A DNA stretch of 42,948 nucleotides, taken from NCBI GenBank assembly GCA_002269645.1, contig NIVC01004533.1, positions 1 through 42,948 of the forward strand, in the 5' to 3' direction. A program made the position numbers and the translations under genes. The notes beneath the pieces are model-generated. The model was given only the letters and a program-made list of their open reading frames with translations. It ran no database searches and was not told where the DNA came from. The number at the start of each line of letters is the position of its first letter. Positions within the stretch are counted from its first letter, which is position 1. Below, piece by piece: positions 15,821 through 27,574 of this stretch. The stretch comes from Macrostomum lignano (Eukaryota).

Positions 15821-18086
15821 ATGGTCTGGACTCGCCAAAATGTTAAGAAGTGCACCTTGTGCAGGCAGAAGCCTCAGCACGTAGAATGCCAGGAATGCGG
15901 CAAGCTTATATGCAAGATGTGGAGCGCCATGGTGCACAAAAACCCGGCTTGGCAAACCCACAAGCCGCGGGTGGTTGCCAGGAGACCCAACTTGCCCATA
16001 GCAGGAATTGCTGCAATGTAAGTAATCCTACTTAAAACAACCATTCCTTTGCATCATTTAACATTCACCCACCCTTTCGCTCCCAGTGGTGGCAACGGCA
16101 ACCCCGCAGGTAACGCAGGTGGCAGCGGCAACCCTGCAGTTGCCACAGGCAGCGGCAACCCTGCAGGTGCTGCAGGTGGCAGTGGCAATCCTGCAGGTGC
16201 CGCAGGTGGCAGCGGCGGCGACTTTGCAGCCGGTATTGCCGCAACATAAGTAATTCTACTTTAAACAATCATTTCTTTGCATCGTTCAATATTTACTCAC
16301 CCTCCCACTCCTAGCGTTAGCAGCGACAACCCTGCAGGTGGCAGTGGCAACCTCGCAGATGGCAGTAGAAGCGACTCCGCAGCCAGAAATGCTACAACAT
16401 GAGTACACAATCCCTACAGCAACAGTTCTTCTCAATGACTTCTCATTCACTCACCCCCTCCCCACTTAGTTCCAAGCCGGAACGAAGCATGGCGAGACCA
16501 GTGCGGATGGCTCAGTTGCCAAGCGCACGCGTAATACCGCAGCGTCACACTTGCAGGTGTCAACAATTGCCAAGTTGGCGGTTGCGACAGCCTCTGTGGC
16601 ACTATTTGTGGGTGCAAATGCTCCACTTGTTGCGCAAGCAGGTATGCAATACTGGCTGGTGCAGTTTGTACCCCAACTAAATTTCAAGCTCATATGCGAA
16701 TCCTACATTGCGACACCGATACCTGCTGGCAGCTATACTTGTTGGGTAGATGTGTCCGTCTACTATGTGAAGGCAATAACAAATGCCAGTGCCAAGCACA
16801 GGGCCCTGCTGTTCAACGGCCCTTTAAGAGCTACCGGAAGGCAAGCTTCACAAGTGGCTCTGCAAGCATCTTCCACCTGATCCCCTTGCAGTGCAGCAGC
16901 AATGTCCACAGTGCCAGCTTTGTGACATTCAGTTGGCTGAAGCCAACGTGCTGTCTCTGGCCTGTGAGACACTGTTAGCAGACTAAGCTTGATGCCTTGC
17001 GCTGGAGCGCAATAATGCGCTGGCTCTGCAGGCCGAGATGGCTCAAGAAATAAGCAGCCTCCATAGCACAGTTGCGCAGCTACAGCAGGGGCATCATGCT
17101 GCCGCTGCTGAGGCGCAGTCAGTGGCTGCATTGCTGCACTCGTTGGCATCCTAGGTAGCCGCAGGCTCGGCTACTGCAGCCAGAATTGCTGCAACGTAAG
17201 TAATTCTACTTTACGCAACCATTCCTTTGCATTATTCAACATTCCCCTACTCCTCAGCCTCCAGTGGCGGCATCGGCAACCCAAGCAGCTTGCCTGCTCC
17301 TGCTGCCAATGTGGTGTCCATTGAGAAGCTGTACGACATCTTTCAACTGGAGCCGTCAATGCCCTGCAGCTCTACATTGGCCAACTCTGCGCCTATGCCT
17401 GTGCCCATACAGCAGCAACACTCCGACTGCACAGAACCTCTTTTTACAGGCTGCAATGTAATGGCAAGTCGTTGCATGTGATTGATGTGGAGGAGGAGAT
17501 GAAAGTTGGGGAGCAATATTGCACAGTATGTACCGTATTAAACAACTGGACAAGTCCCCCCTTGTCTTCCTCTTCACAGATCGACTTAATAGTGGCAGCC
17601 ATTTTGAGCGCCACATTGGCCGATTTCCAGCAGGAGCCCTACAACAGCAGCCAGTTGCACCTCATCCAGAAGCTGCTGATGGCTGTCTGCATAAAGGAGC
17701 TGCGCAATTGTACCTACACTGGTCGCAGCAACGCTCCCAGACTATCAGCTGCCAAATGCTCTGCTGTTGCCAGCTACTTGCAGACTGAAGCGAGGCTGGC
17801 CAACAGCAAGGTGCTCGTGTCAACAGCTTTCTGGCGACTTCGGGAATTACACATGCGGAAGACGGGACCGCCGCCTTTTGGCAAAAAGAAGCAAACCAAG
17901 CAGACGGCTGTTATCAGCAGTCATCAGCCAAAGCTGCTGCCAACCCTGAAGCCGACGATGCTGAATCTGCTGATGCTGAAGCTGCTGACACCAAAGCCAC
18001 CGGCACTGAAGCTACTGAGTGCTGAAGCTGCTGAAGCCATTGCTGAAGCACTAACTCTTGTTTTAGTGCCACTTTGCAGGGACTGA
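15821..18086 (+). pseudogene. Decayed intron-containing gene: B-box-like Zn finger, G/A/N/P-rich repeats, coiled coil, BEN-like domain
   Basis: The ATG at 15821 gives CTLC-x7-CQECGKLIC-xx-W-x4-H-x7-H (B-box-like spacing). Short exons have phase-2 introns (16018-16086, 16246-16314, 16399-16469), two with GT>AT donors. A coiled coil ALQAEMAQEISSLHSTVAQLQ lies near 17.0 kb. After intron 17526-17579 comes IQKLLMAVCIKELRNCTYTGRSNAPRLSAAKCSAVASYL...FWRLRELHMRK, which resembles a BEN domain. Confidence 0.55.
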
Positions 18087-19031
18087 TAAGAAGGGGGTAA
18101 CAGTGGGTGATCATCCTGAAGAATCAGGGAGGGGATAATAACGGCTGATCCTGAAGAATCAGGGAGGGGATAGCAGACACAAATAAAACTTTTTATGTTC
18201 CATCTGTACCTCTTAATATATGTAACTCAGATAATTTAATTACTAACTGTTTCAAATTTACACTTGCATCTCACTTCTGTCTACTTGTAAGATGCAATGC
18301 AATGAAATGTAATTGCCAAATATATCTTGACACCTAGAGAATTTTGGAGAACAAATTTAAATAATTTTGACATAAATTGTTTGACAAAGAAATCAAAGCC
18401 TTTCTGACTTTTTTTTTAAGTTCCCGATGCCAATAGACTAGGGCCGAACAGCTCAAAGCAGCTGCAATGCACCTAATAGTGACACCTTTTGTACCTCAAA
18501 TATACCTTAAATGCATCTAAAATTCACCTGCAGTGCAACTCCAGTGCCTTATATGCACCTATTTACACTGCACATGTACACCTTATGCACCCCTAATTCA
18601 CTTTTTATGCACTTTCTACACCCCTTCAGCATCTCCCATGCACCTGCTGTGCCTCACTTGTGAGCCTACTCTTCACCATTTGCACACCTTTACTGCCCTT
18701 ACTGCTGCAACCAATCAAAATTGAGAATTCACTTACTGCCTAACCACTTCACTAATTTTATACCTTTCATGCCTCTTTTCAAAAATATTGATTTAGGCAT
18801 AAAAGGTGCACTCAGGTGCATTTCCAAAACATGCACAAAATAGCCCACCAAATTGCCTTTTTGTGTATCTTGTTCACCTTTTATGCCTCTATAGGTGCAT
18901 AACTTTTCCAATAGGGATCCATTGAAATGTCACATTTTTAGTACTGAGTATATTTTGACTTGATTTAGACAAGCAAAAGTGCAGAGCAAAAATGTTTTTG
19001 GTAAATGGTCAACACACTGTCAAGAACAAAT

Positions 19032-19560
19032 TTACTCAATGTAACTGCCATCTACTTCTACAACTTTCTCTAGTTGAGCTCAAAATCTACCAATAGCTTT
19101 TTTCACTTCAGCTGATAGGATTTTATCCAATGCTTTTGAGAGAGATGCCCAATTACTTGAGATTGTAGTGAGATATGCAACAAGCCTAGGGCTCCACTTG
19201 TGCCTAGAAATAATAATCCAGTGGATAAATATCTGGCAACAAAGGTGGCCAAAAGTCCTTTGGCCAATAATTTGCAAATTTCTCTAATAGGAAGGTCTCT
19301 GTGGTTGTTGCAGTATGTGCAGGTGCAACATCTTGCTAGAACATATATTGGCCACTTGGGTAATGCTAGTTAAACCATGGTAGCACTTTGTTTTGCAGCA
19401 GCTCCTGATAGCCAATAGCATTAAGCTGAGCACTAGGGTCAATGAAGATTAGGGGGCACTTTTGTCCATCAGAGCTAATGACCCCTAGCAGCATGACAGA
19501 AGCTAGATTTTTGCTGCATTGTATCACACGAGCATTGTCTAAGAAATCCTTTACACAGCT
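19032..19560 (-). pseudogene. Tc1/mariner transposase remnant, DD37D (maT-type)
   Basis: The minus strand reads ASVMLLGVISSDGQKCPLIFID...LLQNKVLPW...YMF*QDVAPAHT...WPKDFWPPLLPDIYPLDYY...LEKVVEVDGSYIE*. There are 37 residues between D(19332-19330) and D(19218-19216). Confidence 0.85.
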
Positions 19561-20555
19561 AGGTACTAATTTATTATTCATTTCTTCTATCGGCAGCTGC
19601 ATTGACAAAAAAATCATTTGAGAAGATATGTACCAATGTGAATGCAACTTTAGCCAGCTAAGTAGTTGCTTAGTTCACATCTTTCTAGTAAATTTCTGGG
19701 CTTCTAACAAGAAATGCTAACAGACTACTACTCTGTTCTTCATTCCAACATCATCCTTGAGGAGCTAGTTCATTGTCTTGTATGCCATTCCAAAGTCCTA
19801 AGCCAGCTGTCGAGCACTTCATCTTGGGTTTCTATAGATTTGCATTTTCATAAAAATGGCCTTAGGAATCACTTGACTATTTCTATTGGCAACACACACA
19901 TGTAAGTTGCTATTGGCTGAGAGCAGTCACATGACTATTATTCTGTCCAATAGCAACTTACGTGTGTGTGTGTGTGTGTGTGTGTTGCCAAAAAAATTGC
20001 CAGGTAAATTCCTACGTTGTGCCTAAACATACACATTTTAATAGCTTTGATGATATTCTTAGTGCAAACAATGCAACTGTGTCTACCTCCATAATATGCC
20101 TTAACATTGCCAGTTACTGCAAAAAGTCACTTGGTTTGATAAGACTCAGTTCCTCAAAATTCTAAGATATTGAGCAATTGATAGTGTCCAGTGAGATTTT
20201 GAAACTTTAGAATTTAGGTTATCTGATGCATGCATATTATAAATGGCAGTAACAGTATTCCAAAATGTCTTCATTTTTTTAATTGGTTGAGGAATAAAAA
20301 AGTTATGACATATTTAGTGACAAAAATTTAAACTTTTTCTTATGGAAAAATACATTATGGGCAGGACCATTTTTGTATAAAAATGTAATTTTTTTGCTTT
20401 AAACGACTATATCTTTTTTGCTACAAAACCTATGCTGCTGTTCTTGGTGTCATTAGAAAGATAAATTGGTTATCTAGCATAGCTATTTTATACATTTTAT
20501 TGATGTTTAGAATTATCACATCATTGTCTCAAAAAACATGCACTTTTTTTACTTT

Positions 20556-21266
20556 TTGGGTGTATCTTGGAAGCTCACTTGCCTGTCCATCAGCGCCTCG
20601 GCAGAAGATTGCAGCCTCGGTGTTGTCTGGCACGCTTCCAAGATTCCAAGCTTCCAAGATGTCAGCAGTTTGTCTACCTCGGCGGTCTGGTTCCCGACGT
20701 CTGCGAGGATCTGCGGCGTTGCCGAGGACTTGCCTGGGCTGCCTTTCGTTCTATAAGGTCAGTCCTGCAGTCCGAAGCCCTACCGGACTGCCAGAGGGTG
20801 GCGCTGTTCCAGGCGGTGATCAAGACCATCCTGTTATACAACGCCGAGACCTGGACACTGACAGACTCGCTCAAGGCTCAAGTCGACGCGGCACACGCTG
20901 GCCTGCTGCGCGCCGCCTTCAAGATTGGCAACGAGCGAGTCACCAACACGGCGCTCTATCATTGCGCCGGCCTGGCCTGTCCTAGCGATCTGCTGCGCCG
21001 TTGGCGACTCCAGCTGGCAGGCCACGTCATCTGCGCCGAGGCCTACTGTCCGGAGCCGGTGCAGGAGGTGCTGCTACTTACGTTGCAGGCACCCTACCGG
21101 CGGGGACAGGCAAGGACTCGGCGCTACGTCGACTGTCTGCTGGCTAACGCCGGCGCCCTGGACTCTGCCGGCAGTGCGGCCTTTGTTCGCGCCCAAGCTT
21201 TGAAGTGCCATCTGATGCTGCTTTTGTGAACTGGCAGCATACTCTGTTGTTTGTTGTTGGGTGTAT
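20556..21266 (+). mobile_element. 5'-truncated, 5'-inverted RTE-like non-LTR retrotransposon with a 10-bp TSD
   Basis: The sense segment 20649-21256 is homologous to the 3' end of the copy at 28061-30533 and ends in a (GTT)n-like tail. 20564-20634 is the adjacent upstream segment in antisense. TSD TTGGGTGTAT is at 20556-20565 and 21257-21266. Confidence 0.9.
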
Positions 21267-21635
21267 GATTTTTTACTTCCATTGGCTATAACTCAGGAAG
21301 TAAGCAACCTATTGAGCATCTAATTGGCTTTTTAAATGCAAAACATTTAGGGCCTTTAAATACTACATTTGCACAATGGTACATTGGACAGTAAAAAAAA
21401 TTCTTCACTTTTTACTACTATTTTTGCTCTATTTTTGGCCCCTTCCTTATGCGGATGCTGGATTTTTTACTTTTAAGGTCTATAACTCAGGAAGTAAGCA
21501 CCTTTTAAGCATGTAATTGGCTTCTTAAATGCAAAATGCCTAGGCTAGGGCTAGGGCTGCTTAGCCAGAGCAGCAATAAAGGGCTCATACTTTCCAATTT
21601 TCACTCCTATTCCAAGTCTTCAGCCAGCCTGAAAT

Positions 21636-24600
21636 ATGGCATCAAGTGCAGCCTCCACACCAGGGCCATCTGCGCTGCAGGCCAAGCGTCAGTGGTGTTC
21701 ACCAGTGGACTGCCTCAGGCCAATCAGCATCAAAAGGGCGCTGAAGTTTGTTGTCAAGGCGAAGGCCAAGGGCGAGACTGGCATTGCTAGCAGCACATGC
21801 CTGCTTCGTGCAATGGGCCTGCCATTGACAGCCTTGAGTGACCATGCCAAGAAAGTGCTGCTGCAGAAGGTTGCTTATTCCAAGACAAATGTGCGCAAGC
21901 TGACCCGCAGGCACAGCACCAAGGTGCAGGGAGGTAGCACATCTGCCCTCTAAGAATTCCTGGGGGCAGAGTTCCAACTGCCTGCCCAGGTTTTGAAGGA
22001 GCTGCAGCAGCATCATGAGCAGGGCCACATCATCTCTGAGACAGATTCTATCAGCAATGACAAGAGCTTTAGGGCCATGGCCAACTGCAGTGCCATGTCG
22101 GCTGAAGAGTGCGCTGGGTTAGCAGCGGGCCACAGCGCCATCATTGCCGACCTGCGTGTTCAGCTGGCTCAGCAGCAGCAAGCATGTCGACACTTCAGGC
22201 CAAGTCGCTGAAGCAATTGACCACTCTGGCTCAGGCTCAGGCTCAGCTTTGGCTGCTTCACTGAGCAAAAGGCAAGCTGGCCAGCTGCAAGGCGACCATC
22301 TGGCGGCAGCAGCGAATTTTCGTCTAGCAGAATGAGGCCATAGAGACCCTTCGCCACCGGGCAAAGCAGCTTGCTCGGCAGGGCCAGACTGCAGACAAAG
22401 CGAAGAAGACCGTCAGCAAGCTGCGTGGCCAGCTTCAGCAAGCATACTGCAGCCTGGACCAGGTGACGGAGTCATTGCAGGAGGCTGCCAAGGGCACTCT
22501 GGTTGCGACGAGAGCCGCGTGCAATTGGTGGCGTCCAGTTCACAAATTGGGTTATTGAGACCTGTGTCCATCTCATTCTGGACTGCCATGTTCTAGGACA
22601 TGAGCTGCATCCGGCATGTCCTAGCAGGGCTGACGACATTCGACTTGTTGCAGGCATTGCCGCTGCCGTCGAAGTCGCTAGTTGCCAGCTCCACCTTCAG
22701 CGTTGGAAACTGCTTGGCAAAGGCGAGTGGCCTGGAGAGAATCCTTGCAGCCTCACAGGAGGGCAAGCCGCTGTTGGTGATGCTAGACAGCACATCCAAG
22801 AAGGGTCAGCATTTTGCCGAGTATCAGATTGACACGGGCCTGGGTGACCACCGCCATGTCGGCCTGTCGCTGCGTGAGATTGAAAGCGGCACCGCAGAGA
22901 TGTACTTCCGTGAGCTTGACACCACTGTCGACGAGTTGGTCGACACATTTTGTGCGCTGACCCTGGACAATAGCAACAAAGAATGGCGCAAGATGAAGGA
23001 GAGCCTGATGTTGCGGGTCAAGTTCCTGATGACAGACCGGCACATTGTGAATAAGTGCCTCTAGGTGCTTTTCAACGACATGCGCATGCAGCTGGCGGCT
23101 CAGAAGGGTCTGCCGGTGCCTCAGCCTGTCATGTTGCTTATTTGCAGCATGCATGTCCTTGTGAACTTGGCCAGCGTCACAGACAAGGGCATGCACGATG
23201 CTGAGAAGTGCATCTCGTCTGAGCCCCAAGGTGCCGCTGCGATTGCCGCCTTCCACCCGTCCAAGTTGGAGTCCGGCACCCAGCGCTTAATTTGCATGGC
23301 CTGTAAGGCCTTTCATCGGATGGGGAGCAAGCAGTGTGGCGTTGCCATGCCCCTCGACTCCTACCTGGCCTCGAAAGATGCTCCACCCTTCTGGATGGAG
23401 GATTTTAGAGGCAACAGACAGTACGTCATCTTCCCGAACGGGGGGTACGTCTACCGGCAGAGGGGCCGCCTGTTGGGGTTCTTTTCCAAGTACTGCTGCC
23501 CCAATCGGCTCCTGATTGTGGTTCAAACGGACCTGCGGTCTGTGGTCCTGCTGGCTGGCTGCCGTGCCCTTGGGCTGCTCGACCTGGTGCTCATCCGTCC
23601 AATGTGGCTCCTGCTCCGCGACTCGCATGTTTCGCTGCTCGACATGAATGAGCATTACGAGACCATATGCAGCTGGTTGCGCAGTGTCAGCTTGGCGGCG
23701 ACTCTGGCTCTCTCGACGGAGCTGAAGGGCCCGTTCCCGGAGCTGACGGAAGTCATCCTGCAGGATCCAGATGCCCTACTCATGTGGGAGTCACTAATGT
23801 CAGAGGACGCGCCGGCTAAGGAGACCGAAATTGTTGGCCAAATGCTGCAGGTGCTCTCTGCCCATATGGTCATGCTGCTTGAGCGCAAAATGTGCGATCA
23901 CTTGCCAGACAGCAGCCTGCGCAACCTGTCGCCTAAGGACTTGGCAGCAGTGGCTGCAGCGCCAAAGGACAACGTCGCTGGTGAGCGTGTGTTTGCCGTT
24001 CTGGACCGCACGATGGTGCTGAAGCCCTACATGAGGCCCCTGGCTCGCGAGTCGGCTGTACTGTTCGGCCAGAACTGCACAGGCAAATGGATTCAGTCTA
24101 AGTTGGTGGCTAAGAAGGACCTGCTGATTTCGCGTGCCTGTGCCCTTGCTCCAGCCCTTGAGACCCAGTGGCAAAGCAGCGCGCAGCTCATCCGTCAGGG
24201 GCGCCAGGAGCTCCTACGGGCCAGGTTGCAGAAGTCCCGCAAGGAAGAGACTCGCGCCTCTGTGCTGCGGGCTACAATTTCCAGCATTGATTTCTGCGGC
24301 AGCCTGTGGCGCAGCGCGGACTAGATGGCGGTCTAGTTGTCAGTGCTGGACCCTGCGCAGCATGAACAAGCAGTCAAGGCCCAGCTTCGGCTTCACAAGG
24401 CTACGAGTACATATCACAACACTTCGACTGCTAATTTTTATATGAATGAGGGTGTACAAAGAAAGCAACTGTATTTCTAACTACATGCTCATAACTATTT
24501 ACATGTATGGTTTTCTACTGCTTTGTATTTCTTTCCAGAGGTCAGCCTGCCCAAGGACGAGGCCAACCTACTGAGTTTTCCTGCTGGTGGCATTTGCTTC

Positions 24601-25203
24601 TCCACTGCCCAGCTCCGCGAGCATCTACGTGAGCTCCTGGAGTTGATTGTCCCTCAGGACAACACAGCTGCGTCACCTCTGGGCTCGGCTGCCTCCGCTA
24701 TGCTGGACCTGACGATCCGCAGTGAGTGTGTCCGCAGCACTGTCCAGGCAGTCCTGGAGAAGCCCAAATGCCGGGCCCCTGTCCCTGGCACAGGCGCAGG
24801 CACTGGTGCAGCAGAGTGTGGATGAGGCCGAGGGCGAGGCTCTGGTCGTGGCCAAGGGCGAGGCGGTGGTCGCAGCCGTGGTCGTGGTGCTTCTGCAAAC
24901 CACACTGCCGCAGAGGAAGATGAGGACAATGAGGCAGAGGTGCCTTATCAAGGAGGCCTGCCACACCTCTTTGCTGGTCAGCGCATCGAGATGCGTTTTG
25001 CCTACCTGGACGGTGAGGAGTGGGACGCTGGCTATGTTATTCGGCAGCTGCCCACACCAGGACTGAGCTGGGATGTCCTGGACTAGAAATTTCTGGTCGA
25101 GTTCAACGAGTACACAGGCCAGCAATTCCTGTACGATCTATACACTGACTACCTTGCCAGAGACCTGCGCATACTGTCCGATGACGACAATGAAGATTAT
25201 TAG
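21636..25203 (+). pseudogene. Decayed large DDE transposase (hAT-like CxxH class, family unassigned) with one intron and a Tudor-like C-terminus
   Basis: Features in order: N-terminal coiled coil, LVMLDSTSKKG (D 22786), FLMTDRHIVNK (D 23035), CSMHVLVNL, FRGNR, CRALGL, PKDNVAGERVFAVLD (E 23983). A phase-1 GT-AG intron at 24407-24538 restores HKATK|VSLP. It ends in an RG-rich linker and LFAGQRIEMRF..DGEEWDAGYV...KFLVEF...FLYDLYTDY. There are several stops and frameshifts. Confidence 0.75.
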
Positions 25204-27574
25204 TAACTGTGACATACAATACATATGACTGTCTTTGCTTTGTCCCTTTACATTGCAGCTCCTTGGCTTCTCTATAGCTGTCCAACCCCGGTCATGTGCA
25301 TATCTTTGACTGCGTGCCATATATATTTGCTTAACTGGATGTACATTAATTCGTGGGCATATGTTTGCTCCCGTGCCAATGCCAGTATTGTAAATGAACC
25401 TACCATTTTCTCCATGCCAATAAATACTTGCTGGCCATATTATACATATATCAATCTGATGTATGTACATGTACCATACTCACCAACATAACTCCATTCT
25501 GTACAGTTGGGGGCTATATCTATCATAATCAGCCCACCTGAATTTACATTCCATTCTCACTGAGTTTACTATTTTATTTTTTTTACTCCCTTTGTTGAGA
25601 TGTTTGCATTGTTAACCAGACAAATGCCAGGGGTTGCTTGTTGGGATAGCATAATGCTAGGGTCAAATTTCCAGCTGCCTTCCAATAGAAGCCTCTCAAA
25701 GGACTCCTAGAACTTAAACTAACTGATGGAACTATCCCAAACCATATATACACTGCAGGTATGGTAAGATTCCAATAATGTAAATTGATGCGAGTCAAAA
25801 CTATAAGTAGAAATACTCGTACATGTATTTACTATTACTAATAACATGGAAAGCAACACAATTTGGTCATTTTGCGGCACTAAAGGATAGCAAGGGTGTA
25901 GAAATTGCTGTGAACATGAAGTAGAACTGAATAAGCATACTTGTACATCATTCCACAGGCTGCAAATGTGTCATGGGACGATAATTTGGCAAAATGTGTA
26001 TCCAAGTAGTATGTGAGTAGTATCCATGCACATGGATTTTTTTTTCTGTATGTTATAAATATCTTTATTTGGGCAAATGTTGCCAATATGCACATTATTG
26101 CAAACTACTTGTCAATACACAACACGCACATTTAGTATAGGATTTAATATATTTAGATTATGAATCTGCAACTAGGAATTCAACTGAAATTCAAGTTTTT
26201 CTATCTTGAATAGACATTTATATGTATTTTTGATGTAAACTAAAATCTTCATAACATTTTTGGGCAAAAGCTTTAAGCAAGTGGTTTTTATAGGCCAAAG
26301 TCTCACACTTGCTATTTATTCTGACGAAATTGAACGTGATCTGCAACTGGAACAAAAAGTAGAAATTTGATGATTAATTTTTGTAATGGATTACATACAG
26401 AGAAAAAAATTTTTAACACGTGTCTCAAATTTTGTACTAAATTTATTGTTCTTTTAGTTCTGTAGGATAGTTTTATTATAATCTTTTGCTTTTAATCCAA
26501 TTTTTGGTCTTTCTATAACACTCCATTTTTATCAAAATCTGCATCAATTGTCATTTTTGCCATTATTTTCCTCAACTTTCATTTGCAGAGTATTTGCTTC
26601 TGCGCTACATAAATATATGTGCTGTATCTCATTTTAAAGATGTTTCTTTCGTCTTTCCAACACATATTTTGGTTTTATCTGTCTCCCTTTATTTTTTCAC
26701 AGTTCTGTGTTGAAGTTTGCATCAATTTTACATATTTTTAGTTTGGAACACCTTGCGTGTCACTTGTTGGACTATCTGCAATTGATAGGCTTATAGAAGG
26801 TTTTCCCACTTGAAGTTTTTTAATAATCTTTTGATGGATCTCCTCATATGCAAACTATAAAACTTTGCACAGAGGTCACACAGATATGAGAGTAAAACCC
26901 TATGCATTTGACTTTATATGCCTAAAACAGAAAAACAAAAACAAGTGTGACGTTTGAATGGATCTACCCTATGTATATATCCCCAAAAAACAATCAATTT
27001 TTTGGTATATACCAATGTATGCCAAATATATTACTTATACAAAGCTTTAAGTTATCAATTTTGTAATGATATTACTAGATTAGTGATGTTGATATTTAAT
27101 TTCAATTAGACAAAAGTAAAAAACTATAAATAATATATTATATAACTATAATGATGTTAATATAATATTATTAATGTTATTAATGTTATTAATAACTTAG
27201 GGGGGCCTAACTTCAAAATTAAATCAAAATCCAAAATACCAAGATAATTAAGATAGATAGCAAGTCTAGATTAGGCCATAGGCTTAGTAAATAGGCCTAT
27301 CAAAATAGGATTTAATCAAGGCACCTTTAATCAATCCATCATTGTGTAATAAAACTATAGCAACATTTGGATTTTAAACTTGCTAATTCAAGTTTTTCGA
27401 AAAATATCTATTATTTCAAGGTACCAATTTGAGAAATTTCGTCAATCCGTTAAAAATAATTAGGGACTAAACATGTGAAAATGAAAGATTGCCGAAATAT
27501 CCCTTTTGCATCAGACAGTTAGAGATAGACCACAACAGATTTAAGGCATCAAACAGAGAGGAATTCATACTTAC

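Noticed and set aside
18460-18900. Loose TGCACC / GGTGCA-rich quasi-palindrome
   Set aside because: It is too degenerate to define units or arms.
9450-25203. Many premature stops are TAG in a CTAG context (apparent CCAG>CTAG), suggesting RIP-like or non-CpG deamination
   Set aside because: CAG is the commonest stop-adjacent codon in GC3-rich sequence once CpGs are gone. The paired LINE comparison shows no CCAG>CTAG changes. A family-wide spectrum would be needed.
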